A stretch of DNA of 64,000 bases, from the NCBI GenBank assembly GCA_035652495.1, contig DASRDS010000204.1, forward strand, positions 3,214-67,213, written 5' to 3'. This stretch comes from Gemmatimonadaceae bacterium. Lineage in GTDB: Bacteria; Gemmatimonadota; Gemmatimonadetes; Gemmatimonadales; Gemmatimonadaceae. The notes under the pieces are model-generated. The model ran no database searches. It saw nothing but the letters and a program-made list of their open reading frames with translations, and had not been told where the DNA came from. Made by a program: the position numbers and the translations under genes. This document shows positions 10,604-19,888 of this stretch, one piece after another (position 1 is the stretch's first letter; every line of letters starts with the position of its first letter).

Positions 10604-13600
10604 TCAGCGTTCCTCTTCGTCGTAGGCACTGGCTGGCGGCTTGCCGCCGATGAACTTCAGGAGATCGGCGTCTCCGACGAACACGAGCGTCCGGCGGCCG
10701 CCCCGATGTTCGTCCGTGATCGTGATCCGCTTGCCGGACAGAACGGCGTCGACGGTTTCCATCTGCAGGCGAAACATCGTCAACGGCAGATTGACGATGC
10801 CGGCGAGGCGGGCGGCGAAACGGGCGGCGTCGCCGTCGGCCTGCGCGACGCGCGACGCCCGATAGCCGGCGGCCTGTTCGAGCTGCGCCTGCGCGCCGCC
10901 GCGCGCCAGCGGAATCGCTTCCTTCGCGTAGGCGTCGGATTCGTTGACGCGCATCACGCGCTCCTCTTCCGCGCTCGCGACGTCACGGAACGCTTCGACC
11001 ACTTCGACCGGCGGATGCACGTCGGCGAGATGGATGCCGACGAGATCGACGCCGGCGCCGACCGACGTGAGTCGAGCGCGCACGCCGTCGGCCCACGCCT
11101 CCTCGAGACGATGGCGATCGGTGGTCAGCAGGCGGTCGAGCGAATAGCCGGCCGCGAGGTTGCGCAGCACGCCCTCGGCCATCATGCGTACGACGGCGTC
11201 ACCGTCACGGACGTTGAACAGATAGCGGGCGGGGTCGGCGATCTCGAAGTGCACCACCGCGTACAGCTCCGACATGTTCTCGTCGCCGGTCAGCACGAGA
11301 TTTTCGTCGGCGACCTGCTGGACGTCCCCGTCGCCATGCGTCGTGTTCCACTCGAGATCGATCGGCCCGGCACTCCGACGCGCCGGCGATCGGAAGCCGA
11401 GTTCGAGGACGCGGATGCGCCGAGGCGCGAGGCGCGTGACCGACTCGATCGGCCACGGCGCGCGGAGGTGCAGTCCGGGCTGGAGGCGCGCATCGACGAG
11501 GCGACCGAATCGCAGGACCGCCCCGGTCTCCGCCGGGCCGATGACGACCACGCCGGTCGAGAGCCAGACGAGCGCGGCCGCCCCGGCGGCGCTTCGCGCG
11601 ATCGCGCGCCAGTGGCGGAACAGCATCTGTCGAAGCGTCGCGTCGAGGAGTGCCCACCGCTCGCGCGCCCACATCACCAGACGCTGTCCCCATTGTTCCC
11701 ACGTCTTCGGATCGCGGACGCGGTGCTCCACGATCAGGCTGACCGAACTGAGGATGACCGCCAGCGATACGAACTGATGCAGCAGCGCCGATCCGGCCGG
11801 CGTCAGCACACCGGCGGCGGCGGCGAGAATCGCGGCGACGTTGACGCCGAGGGCGAACGCCACGATGTTGAATCGCACGCGCTTGACCGTCTTGCGAGCG
11901 AACGCGATCGCTTCGGGGATCGCATCGAGGCGAGGCTCGAGGACGACGACCTGTGCCGCTTCGGCGGAGAGATCGGCGGCGCCGCGGCCGAAGGCCGCGC
12001 CGACGTGAGCCGCCGCCAGCGACGGAGCATCGTTGATGCCGTCGCCCACCATCAGGACGCGCGTACCGTCCGCGCCGAGCGCGCGAATTCGCTCGAGCTT
12101 CCGCTCCGGCAGTTGTTCGGCGGCAACGAATTCCGGCTCGATACCGACGTCGCCCGCCACCGCCTGGGCGACAGCCTGCTCGTCACCCGTCAGCAGGTAG
12201 ATGTTCTTGATGCCGAGTTGCCGGATCGCCTGAATCGCGCGCGCGGCGTCGGGACGGGGCTGATCGTGCAACGCGATCACGCCGGCGGCCGCGCCATCCA
12301 CGAGCACGACGAGATGAGTGTCGCCGGCACGGCCGCAGCGGCCCCGGAGCGAATCGACGTCGGCGGTCGCGGCCGGCGCTGTCTGCGCCGCGAACGCGGC
12401 ACTGCCCACGGCAATCGTGCGCGATGCGATGCGGCCGGTGACGCCGAGACCCGGGCGCTGCGCAAACGTCTCGGCCCCCGACAGCGGCAGTTGCCGGCGC
12501 GCCGCCTCGGCGACGATCGCGCGGCCGAACGCGTGCTCCGACCGCTGCTCGATCGACGCGGCGAGCCGCAGGATCTCGTCGGGCCCGAACGTTGGGGACG
12601 CCGCCACGTCGGTGACCGACGGATGTCCGGCCGTGAGCGTGCCGGTCTTGTCGAAGACGACGGCGGTCACCTGGCTGAGCGATTCGAGCGCGTCGCCCCC
12701 TTTCACGAGGACGCCTTCCCGTGCCAGGCGCGCCAGCGCCGCCGCGAACGCCGCCGGCGCGGCATACACGAGCGCGCACGAGCAGGCGACGAGCAGCACC
12801 GCCGCCGATCGAAGTGCCTGTCCGGTCAGCAGGTACACCAGCAGCGCGCTGAGCAGGATTGCCGGAAGGAACCACTGGGCGAGACGATCCGCGCCGCGCA
12901 CGACGGACGCACGCCGGAGGCGCGCGTCGCGGACGAGACGGCCGATGCGGGCGAGCGTCGTGTCCTCACCGATCCGTTCCGGCCGGATGTCGATCGCGCC
13001 GTGTTGCACGATCGTCCCGCTGAAGACGCGCGCGCCGGCCGACTTGGCCGCCGGCGTCGATTCGCCGGTGACGAGCGCCTGGTCGACGGACGCGTCACCG
13101 TCGATCACCACGCCGTCGACCGGGATGCGCTCGCCGCTGCGCACGATCACCCGATCGCTGAGGCGGATCTCGGTCGCGGCGACAGCGAACTCGCGGCCGT
13201 CGCGAACGACGGCGGCGTGATCGGGCTGGAGCGACATCAGCCCGGCGATCGCGCGATCCGCTCGATGCATCGCCCAGTGCTCGAGCGCATCGCCCGCGAG
13301 CACGATCAGGATGACTTCGGCCGCCGCCAGGAACTCGCCGGCGAGCGCCGCGATCAGCGCGGCGACGCCGATCGTCACGTCGTAGGTGATGCGACGCGCC
13401 ACGAAGGCCGAGCGCACGCGTCGCGCAAGCGGATACGCTCCCACCGCCGCGACGATCAGCGCCGTGTTGACGCCCACGATGCTCGTCACCCACCCAAGCG
13501 CGTTCAGCAGCAGCGTGACGACGGCCCCCGCGAGAAGGAGCGCACGCGCACGGCGCGTCCGCGGCCACGCGAGCGTGTGATCGTGCAGGTGCGCGGTGTT

Positions 13601-13609
13601 CGCCGTCAT
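10604..13609 (-). CDS. P1B-like P-type ATPase fused to a C-terminal HflK-like SPFH domain
   Basis: Continuous 1001-aa ORF. ATPase motifs: LVTGESTP, VVFDKTGTLT, LLTGDE, MVGDGINDAPSL, and TM motif LLVACSCALVYAAP. From about aa 680: TM + GAVLRFGRLVDARLQPGLHLRAPWPIESV ... IHLADVHPPVEVVEAFRDVASAEEE (SPFH/HflK pattern). Confidence 0.85.
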   Translation of the reverse strand: MTANTAHLHDHTLAWPRTRRARALLLAGAVVTLLLNALGWVTSIVGVNTALIVAAVGAYPLARRVRSAFVARRITYDVTIGVAALIAALAGEFLAAAEVILIVLAGDALEHWAMHRADRAIAGLMSLQPDHAAVVRDGREFAVAATEIRLSDRVIVRSGERIPVDGVVIDGDASVDQALVTGESTPAAKSAGARVFSGTIVQHGAIDIRPERIGEDTTLARIGRLVRDARLRRASVVRGADRLAQWFLPAILLSALLVYLLTGQALRSAAVLLVACSCALVYAAPAAFAAALARLAREGVLVKGGDALESLSQVTAVVFDKTGTLTAGHPSVTDVAASPTFGPDEILRLAASIEQRSEHAFGRAIVAEAARRQLPLSGAETFAQRPGLGVTGRIASRTIAVGSAAFAAQTAPAATADVDSLRGRCGRAGDTHLVVLVDGAAAGVIALHDQPRPDAARAIQAIRQLGIKNIYLLTGDEQAVAQAVAGDVGIEPEFVAAEQLPERKLERIRALGADGTRVLMVGDGINDAPSLAAAHVGAAFGRGAADLSAEAAQVVVLEPRLDAIPEAIAFARKTVKRVRFNIVAFALGVNVAAILAAAAGVLTPAGSALLHQFVSLAVILSSVSLIVEHRVRDPKTWEQWGQRLVMWARERWALLDATLRQMLFRHWRAIARSAAGAAALVWLSTGVVVIGPAETGAVLRFGRLVDARLQPGLHLRAPWPIESVTRLAPRRIRVLELGFRSPARRSAGPIDLEWNTTHGDGDVQQVADENLVLTGDENMSELYAVVHFEIADPARYLFNVRDGDAVVRMMAEGVLRNLAAGYSLDRLLTTDRHRLEEAWADGVRARLTSVGAGVDLVGIHLADVHPPVEVVEAFRDVASAEEERVMRVNESDAYAKEAIPLARGGAQAQLEQAAGYRASRVAQADGDAARFAARLAGIVNLPLTMFRLQMETVDAVLSGKRITITDEHRGGRRTLVFVGDADLLKFIGGKPPASAYDEEER

Positions 13610-13749
13610 CGGCGTTCACTCCACTCCGCTTAGTCGCGCGAGAACACAACTTTCCAATGGAGGCGACGAATCGACCACTCAATGGTTGAAACCGTCACAC
13701 GGGCGGATCCCGCAAGACGCGCGCTGCCAGATGCGCATACTTCTGGGTC

Positions 13750-14478
13750 GTGACCGATCCTCTTCTGCGCGTCGAGCATCTCTCGTTGCATGTCGGGGCG
13801 ACTCCGATCGTCCGCGATGTGACCTTCTCCGTCGCCGCCGGGGAGTCGCTGGCGATCATCGGCCCGAACGGCGCGGGCAAGACGCTGTTGTTCCGGGCGC
13901 TGATCGGCGCCGTGCCCTTCGAGGGCACGATTCGGTGGAAGGCGGGCATCCGAATCGGCTACGTTCCCCAGAAGCTGGATCTCACGCGCGACGTGCCGAT
14001 CACCGGCTTTGACTTTCTCCGCGCCAAACCGGGCGCGAGCACGATCGGTGGCACCGGCCTCGCCGCCATCCTCGCGGACGTGGGTCTCCCCACCGCGATC
14101 GCGCACCTGTCGATCGGCTCGATCTCGGGCGGTCAGTTTCAGCGGCTCCTCGTCGCCTTCGCGCTCGTCGACCACCCCGACGTCCTGCTGCTCGACGAGC
14201 CGACCGCCGGCGTCGACGAGCCGGGGCAAGAGCGGCTGAACGAACTCGTCGCCCGGCTGCAGTGCGAACGCAACATGACGGTGCTGCTGATCTCGCACGA
14301 CCTGTCGGTCGTGTTCAGGCACGCGACGCAAGTGCTGTGTCTGGGCCGCGAACACGTCTGCGTCGGCGCGCCGCGCACGGTGCTGACATCCGAACGGCTC
14401 AGCGCGATCTACGGCGAGGAGGTCGCGTTGCACGTGCACGACACCGGAGAGGGGACGGCATGTCGGTGGCAACGCTGA
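13750..14478 (+). CDS. metal-type ABC transporter ATP-binding protein (ZnuC-like)
   Basis: Walker A GPNGAGKT, signature ISGGQFQR, Walker B LLLLDEPTAGVD, H-loop LISHDL. Confidence 0.9.
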   Translation: MTDPLLRVEHLSLHVGATPIVRDVTFSVAAGESLAIIGPNGAGKTLLFRALIGAVPFEGTIRWKAGIRIGYVPQKLDLTRDVPITGFDFLRAKPGASTIGGTGLAAILADVGLPTAIAHLSIGSISGGQFQRLLVAFALVDHPDVLLLDEPTAGVDEPGQERLNELVARLQCERNMTVLLISHDLSVVFRHATQVLCLGREHVCVGAPRTVLTSERLSAIYGEEVALHVHDTGEGTACRWQR

Positions 14479-15227
14479 TTCTCGCGGCGGCCGTGGCCAT
14501 GGCCGCCGGCCTCGTTGGCTGTTTTGCCGTGATGCGACGGATGGCGCTCGCCGGCGACGCCCTGTCGCACGTCGCGCTGCCGGGCATCGGCGTCGCCCTC
14601 GCCCTCCACGTGCACCCGCTCCTCGGCGCAACGGCGATGCTGTTCTTCGGCGGTCTCGTCGTGTGGGCATTCGAGGAGCGCTCGCGACTGGCCACCGAGA
14701 CGTTGATCGGTGTCGTCTTTTCGGCCGCGCTCGCCATCGGCAGCATGACGACGTCGGGCGAGGACTTGATCGAGGCGCTGTTCGGCGGCGAAGCCGGGCA
14801 ACCCTCATCGGTCGAAACCACATTCGTCCTGCTCGCCGCGTTGGCGGTCACGTGGTTCGTTGTGGCGAGGAAGCGTGCGCTCGTCGTGGCGCTCGTCTCC
14901 CCCGACATCGCACGCACCGTCGGCATCAACGTTCGGCTGCTGAATCTTCTGTATCTACAGATGTTCGCGCTGACGATCGCGCTCGGCCTGCGCTATCTCG
15001 GCGTGCTGCTGATGGGATCGCTCATCATCGTGCCGGCGGCGACGGCGAAGCAGCTATCGCGGAACCTGTCGCAGATGCTGGCCATTGCGGCGGCGATGGC
15101 TGTCGCTGTGACGCTCGGCGGCTCTGCCGTCGCCTCCTGGACGCACCGGCCAACGGGTCCGTGCATCGTCACGCTCGCTGCGACGTGCTTCTTTCTGACG
15201 TTTGTGCGGCACCAGGAGTCGGCGTGA
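14460..15227 (+). CDS. metal ABC transporter permease (ZnuB-like, ABC-3 family)
   Basis: The hydrophobic protein starts MSVATLILAAAVAMAAGLVGCFAVMRRMALAGDALSHVALPGIGVAL. ATG 14460 overlaps the end of the ATPase gene; the ORF is open from 14262. Confidence 0.85.
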   Translation: MSVATLILAAAVAMAAGLVGCFAVMRRMALAGDALSHVALPGIGVALALHVHPLLGATAMLFFGGLVVWAFEERSRLATETLIGVVFSAALAIGSMTTSGEDLIEALFGGEAGQPSSVETTFVLLAALAVTWFVVARKRALVVALVSPDIARTVGINVRLLNLLYLQMFALTIALGLRYLGVLLMGSLIIVPAATAKQLSRNLSQMLAIAAAMAVAVTLGGSAVASWTHRPTGPCIVTLAATCFFLTFVRHQESA

Positions 15228-15420
15228 CGCAGACGTGCCTTACCGTCACCAACGATGAAGTCGTGGCAGCCGTTTGACGGTGAAGATCGACCGTCCAATG
15301 GAATTCGCACGCCACACCGACGTCCTCGCGGTGAGATGACGCGATCCGATGGACCCCACTCGCGACTCGCGTCCAGCGAAGACGTGTCGCGGACCACGCA
15401 AGCGCGTCCGCCCGATCAAA

Positions 15421-15519
15421 ATGCGCGACAACGGCTCGTGGGAACTCTGGGTGCTCATCGGGTGGCTCGCGTTCCTCGTCCTGGTGGTCCTGCCGTGGAT
15501 GATCCGGCACAGCCAATGA
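15421..15519 (+). CDS. possible 32-aa single-TM small protein
   Basis: ATG..TGA reading MRDNGSWELWVLIGWLAFLVLVVLPWMIRHSQ. Its stop overlaps (ATGA) the ATG at 15516 of the next possible ORF. Too short for the track; weak support. Confidence 0.25.
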   Translation: MRDNGSWELWVLIGWLAFLVLVVLPWMIRHSQ

Positions 15520-15752
15520 CCGCTCGCTCCGATCGATTCGTGGACCTTGCAATCCTGTGGGCAGATGGCGACCTGTCGTGCCAACTCGCGGTCGACGGAA
15601 CGCGGTATCGCATTTCTGTCGTACGCGATGGGACAACCGTCGCGTGCGAGGTGTGCGCCAGCGCCGCTCGTGCGCTGATGGTGGGAGCCACCTGGCAGTC
15701 GACACATCGACCGAGCGTCAGAGCGACAGTTCGCGCATCGCTCGGCTCCTGA
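15516..15752 (+). CDS. possible small hypothetical protein
   Basis: The C-terminal 78 aa of track ORF 15255..15752 read as protein-like (MTARSDRFVDLAILWADGDLSCQLAVDGTRYRISVVRDGTTVACEV). Upstream of that the ORF is Arg/Pro-rich junk. Confidence 0.25.
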   Translation: MTARSDRFVDLAILWADGDLSCQLAVDGTRYRISVVRDGTTVACEVCASAARALMVGATWQSTHRPSVRATVRASLGS

Positions 15753-15765
15753 GCACAATCGAGGC

Positions 15766-16986
15766 TCACTCGAAGCGGAGCGCCTCGACCGGGTCCATCG
15801 CCGACGCGCGATTCGCGGGATACAAACCGAACACCAGCCCGACGCCCGTGGCAAACGTCACGGCGATCGCGATCGCCTTTGGGGAGATCAGCATGGGCCA
15901 GCCGAGACTGTCGGTCAGAACCCGTGCCGCGATGACGCCGAGGGCGAGACCGGCCGCGCCGCCGAGCAGTCCGATGACGAGCGCCTCCACCAGGAACTGG
16001 AGGCGGACGTGCCGCTGCCTGGCGCCAATCGCCATCCGCAATCCGATCTCGCGGGTCCGTTCGCTCACGGACACCAGCATGATGTTCATGACCCCGACGC
16101 CGCCGACCAGCAGCGACACGAGCGCCACCGCCGACACCATCAGACCCGACGTGCGCGCCGCCTCTTCGCGGACGCGAATGGCGTCGTCGTCCGTGCGGAG
16201 GTCGAAGTCGTCCTCCATGCCGGCCACGCGACGATGACGGTCGCGCAGCAGCGCGGTCAGATGCTCGCGCGCGAGCGGCAGCAGCTCCGCCGAAACAGCG
16301 GAACACATGATGTCCTCGATAAACGTGGTCCGTCGAAAAAAGACGATGGCGGTGGTGTACGGCAGGATGATGAAGTCGTCCTGGTCCTGTCCGACCGAGG
16401 ACTGCCCCTTCGGCTTCAGCACGCCGACAACGGTGAACGGCACCGACCCGAGACGCACCGATTGTCCGACCGGATTCTCGTCGCCGAAGACTTCATCGGC
16501 GACGACTCGTCCCAGGAGGCAGACTTTCGAGCGCTGCTGCACGTCGACATCGGTGAAGACGTCGCCGTCCTCGACCGGCCACTTTCGCACCTGGACGTAG
16601 TCGGCCGTGACTCCGCGATAAGTGGTGCGCCAGTTGCGGTTTCCGTGAATGATCTGAATCGGCGAATCGACCTGCGGTGTGCACCGTGAAATCTCCGGTA
16701 CCTCCTGCGGGATCGCGGCGCTGTCTTCGGCCGTGAGCGTCGCCGCGATGCCGCCCGCGCGGTCGCGCACGCCGCCGGCGCGCTTGACACTGGCCTGCAC
16801 CCACAGCAGGTTGTCGCCGAGCGCGACCAGATCCTCGTGGATCGCCGCGGCGCTCCCCTCGCCCAACGCGACGGTGCACAACGTGGCGCCGATCCCAATG
16901 GCGACCCCGAGAATCGCGAGCGTGCTGCGCAGACGATGGCGCAGCACTGCCGCGAAGGCGACGCGAATGAGAACCAGATCCGACAC
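15766..16986 (-). CDS. MacB-like ABC transporter permease (MacB_PCD + FtsX)
   Basis: 406 aa. N-terminal TM (LRSTLAILGVAIGIGATL), periplasmic domain, and a C-terminal FtsX-type 3-TM bundle (GLMVSAVALVSLLVGGVGVMNIMLVSVSERTREIGLRMAIGA). Confidence 0.85.
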   Translation of the reverse strand: MSDLVLIRVAFAAVLRHRLRSTLAILGVAIGIGATLCTVALGEGSAAAIHEDLVALGDNLLWVQASVKRAGGVRDRAGGIAATLTAEDSAAIPQEVPEISRCTPQVDSPIQIIHGNRNWRTTYRGVTADYVQVRKWPVEDGDVFTDVDVQQRSKVCLLGRVVADEVFGDENPVGQSVRLGSVPFTVVGVLKPKGQSSVGQDQDDFIILPYTTAIVFFRRTTFIEDIMCSAVSAELLPLAREHLTALLRDRHRRVAGMEDDFDLRTDDDAIRVREEAARTSGLMVSAVALVSLLVGGVGVMNIMLVSVSERTREIGLRMAIGARQRHVRLQFLVEALVIGLLGGAAGLALGVIAARVLTDSLGWPMLISPKAIAIAVTFATGVGLVFGLYPANRASAMDPVEALRFE

Positions 16987-17177
16987 GCGCCGCGAGCGTA
17001 GCGAATCTCCGGAACGCCGACGACGGCGACGGCACGAACGGTCATGCGGCTCGCATCAACATCCGGATGCGCCGAACGAACGGCGCGACGTGAGGTCGGC
17101 GATAGCCGATTCGGGCGGACGCGTCGCGGACCGCGGCGCAATCGGGCGGACGGAATGGATTTCCGGAACCGGTCAGG

Positions 17178-17414
17178 TCACCGCCTGTGCTGATTCGTCC
17201 GCGTCGCGCCGTGCTCCGGCACGTGGCTCGAGTGCTGCCACATCCATGGAATGAAGAGGAATATGAGCACGCTAATGAGCACGACGAATGCCCAGAAATA
17301 GCCCGTCGTGTGCTTGTACCACTTCAGGCGCCGCAACCGTTTCCGTGACCCCCGAAAAATCTTGTCGGCGGATCTCGTCTGATTGGGACCGCCGGCGCTC
17401 ATCGGTATCGCCAC
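17178..17414 (-). CDS. possible small membrane protein
   Basis: 78-aa ORF with one clear TM (GYFWAFVVLISVLIFLFIPWMW). No recognised family. Confidence 0.3.
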   Translation of the reverse strand: MAIPMSAGGPNQTRSADKIFRGSRKRLRRLKWYKHTTGYFWAFVVLISVLIFLFIPWMWQHSSHVPEHGATRTNQHRR

Positions 17415-17540
17415 GCGAACACCGGCGGAAGATATTCAGTTCCGTTGATCGCGTCGCCGCGTTTTGAACGAGTGGTCGGTCGATCTGAACAGAAGGGCGC
17501 CGCAGCAAACTGGATAGCCGGAGCTCGCGCGAGTCGCGCG

Positions 17541-17867
17541 TCACTCCCCGGCGCGAATCGAATCGACGCGAATCGTCTTCGTCTTCGCGTCCAGTGTGCC
17601 GGTGACTGTCACCTTCTTGCCCGCGAACCGTTCGGGCAGCCGCTGATCGCTCAACTTGTACACGTTTCTGCCGTCGAACAGCACGAATCCGACGCCGTGA
17701 TCTTCGACGCAGGCTTTGACGCACGCTTCGTCGGTCGGACCCATCTGCATCTGCGAGTGGTCGGCGTTCGAGCACATCTCGTCCGTGATCGTGCCGGCAA
17801 AAGACCGCTCATCCGGCATGGCAGACAGCGCCGACAGAGCGACGATGCAACACATGAAGGCTCTCAT
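17541..17867 (-). CDS. exported DUF5818-like protein
   Basis: Signal peptide, Cys pairs (MCSNADHSQMQMG..ACVKACVEDHG), and a C-terminal YKLSDQRLPERFAGKKVTVTGTLDAKTKTIRVDSI typical of this family as I recall it. Confidence 0.6.
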   Translation of the reverse strand: MRAFMCCIVALSALSAMPDERSFAGTITDEMCSNADHSQMQMGPTDEACVKACVEDHGVGFVLFDGRNVYKLSDQRLPERFAGKKVTVTGTLDAKTKTIRVDSIRAGE

Positions 17868-17968
17868 CAGGAATACCTTTCGCTGCGCAGAATCCTACTT
17901 CTATTCGATGACCGCGATTGAATAACCCGTTTGACAGCCGCAAAGTCCGGGACTATCGTGGAACCCTG

Positions 17969-18361
17969 ATGAGGCGTGTGCGTCGCACCCTGTCCGCGCT
18001 GACGACCGTCTGGGTCTGCTGCCACGCAGCTGGCGTGATCGCGGCGCCGCTCGCCGTGTGCGTCGACGAGCTTCACCAGTCGGCCGACACCGACTGCACG
18101 TGCGCCCACGGTGGCGATCACGGCACCTGCCCGATGCACCACTCAGCGCCGGCCAAGTCCTCGTCAAAGTCGAACTGCGCGTGCAAGAGCACCGCCGATC
18201 CGCACGCGGCCACCGTCGTCGCGATCGTTGGACCGATCGCCGTCATGGTCCAGCGCGCCGAGTTCGACGAACCATTGTGTGTCTCGACGCTCACCGCCAG
18301 TTCGGCGCGCCACCTTCAGAGCGCGCCCCTCGCACCCGACGGTCCTCCGCCCCGCGCCTAG
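17969..18361 (+). CDS. Cys/His-rich small membrane-anchored protein, paralog 1 (putative metal-binding)
   Basis: ATG 17969 (the track ORF starts at TTG 17918). N-terminal hydrophobic helix, motif CTCAHGGDHGTCPMHH, further Cys residues, C-terminus PPPRA. Paralogous to 21775..22155. Confidence 0.6.
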   Translation: MRRVRRTLSALTTVWVCCHAAGVIAAPLAVCVDELHQSADTDCTCAHGGDHGTCPMHHSAPAKSSSKSNCACKSTADPHAATVVAIVGPIAVMVQRAEFDEPLCVSTLTASSARHLQSAPLAPDGPPPRA

Positions 18362-18669
18362 AGTCCTTTCCGTTTCGTAACCCGCACCCGCTGGCGTTCG
18401 GTGACGTGCATCGAGCGCGAGCGCAGATGTTCCGGCTGGTTTCAGCGCTCGCCGTCGCTCGGCGCGCTCGCCAGCATTTTCAGGTCAATCTCGGGATTGC
18501 GAGGTCTTATGAAGGTCGGGCTCTTTGTCGCCGCGACCGTGACCCTCCAGGATGACAACGCGCCAAGTCGACGCGTGGCCACGCTGCGGCGCATTTCGCT
18601 CGACAGTGGTTGCGAAGTCGCCGGCGGCGATGGAGCGTCGGCGTCGAATGGTGAATCGTCCGCCTCACG

Positions 18670-19500
18670 GTGACCGAAATCGCCGTCACGATCGTCGTCT
18701 ACGCGCTGACGCTGACGCTGGTCGGCGCGTCAACGGTGCGCTCGGCGTTGCTGCGTCGGGCCGACCGCGCCGGCGATCCGCTGATCGTCGAGCGGCTGCG
18801 AGGCATCGAGGCGACGGCGTGGCTCGCACTGGTGCTGGCCCTCGCCGTTCGCGCCTGGGCCCATACCGCGACGGTCTTCGGTCCGGCCGACTCGATGTCG
18901 GTGGACGCGCTGAAGACGATCGCGTTGGTCAGCCGCTGGGGCGAGGCGTGGCGGTGGCAGATGATGGCCGCTCTCGTGGGCGCCGCAGCGATCTGCGCGA
19001 TTCGCGGCCGCGCGGCCGGCATCGTCGGCGCCTGCGCGACGCTGGCGTTGGTCGTTGCGCTCGCACGCGGCGGTCACACGGAAGGGATGCCGACGCGAAT
19101 GGTGGTCCAGACGGTGCACATCCTCGGTGGTGGCGCGTGGCTCGGCACGCTCGGCGTCGTTGCAGCCATCAGCGGAGACCGCACGGACGATCGAGCGCGT
19201 CTGCTGAGAGCGTTCTTTCCGCTGGCGCTTGCCGGGGTTGCGACATTGGCGGCGACGGGCGTCGTCGCGGCATACACATACGTCGGTGCCATTTCGAACC
19301 TGTGGACGACCAGTTACGGCCGGACGCTAGTGGCGAAACTGTCGCTCGTGGCGGGGGCCCTCGGATGTGGATACGTCAACTGGCGATCGTTGCGAAGACC
19401 GCGCGCGGAACCCATCGCGCCGGCGCTTCGCTGGGAACTGATGCTCGCAGCGGCGATCGTGATCGCCACTGGTATCCTGACCGAACTCGCACATCCGTAA
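18670..19500 (+). CDS. copD: CopD-family copper resistance membrane protein
   Basis: 276 aa, about 8 hydrophobic helices, located immediately upstream of a CopC gene. Family call rests on architecture and context. Confidence 0.7.
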   Translation: MTEIAVTIVVYALTLTLVGASTVRSALLRRADRAGDPLIVERLRGIEATAWLALVLALAVRAWAHTATVFGPADSMSVDALKTIALVSRWGEAWRWQMMAALVGAAAICAIRGRAAGIVGACATLALVVALARGGHTEGMPTRMVVQTVHILGGGAWLGTLGVVAAISGDRTDDRARLLRAFFPLALAGVATLAATGVVAAYTYVGAISNLWTTSYGRTLVAKLSLVAGALGCGYVNWRSLRRPRAEPIAPALRWELMLAAAIVIATGILTELAHP

Positions 19501-19513
19501 ATGAGGAGGGAGC

Positions 19514-19888
19514 ATGACGCGCACGATCTCGAGAGTCTTCTTCGCGTTCACACTCGTCGTGATGGGCCTGTCCGCCTACGTCCTGGCGCACACGAAGCTC
19601 GAGAAGAGCGAGCCGGCCGCCGGCGCCACGCTGACGCAGGCCCCGAAACAGATCCAACTCTGGTTCAACGAGAAGATCGATCCCGCCGTGAGCAAGCTCG
19701 ATCTGACGGGCGCGTCGGGTAAAGTCGCGCTGAGCGGCATGCACGTCATGAGTGGCAAGGAGCTGATGGCGGCTGTTTCGGGCGCGGTACCGCCCGGCAC
19801 CTACACCGTCGCCTGGCAGACCGCCGGCGACGATGGGCACGTCGTCAAGGGCGACTTCACGTTCACGGTCAAGGCGACGACACATTGA
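19514..19888 (+). CDS. copC: CopC-domain periplasmic copper-binding protein
   Basis: Signal peptide ending ...SAYVLA followed by [15 protein letters not shown] (N-terminal His after cleavage) and the C-terminal [25 protein letters not shown] CopC signature. Confidence 0.85.
   Translation: MTRTISRVFFAFTLVVMGLSAYVLAHTKLEKSEPAAGATLTQAPKQIQLWFNEKIDPAVSKLDLTGASGKVALSGMHVMSGKELMAAVSGAVPPGTYTVAWQTAGDDGHVVKGDFTFTVKATTH

Noticed and set aside
10256-13633. 1125-aa plus-strand ORF, the longest in the track
   Set aside because: It is antisense to the P-type ATPase-SPFH gene, which has unambiguous catalytic motifs. The plus-strand translation is Arg/Asp/His/Gly-rich with no recognisable motif, typical of a stop-free antisense frame in high-GC DNA.
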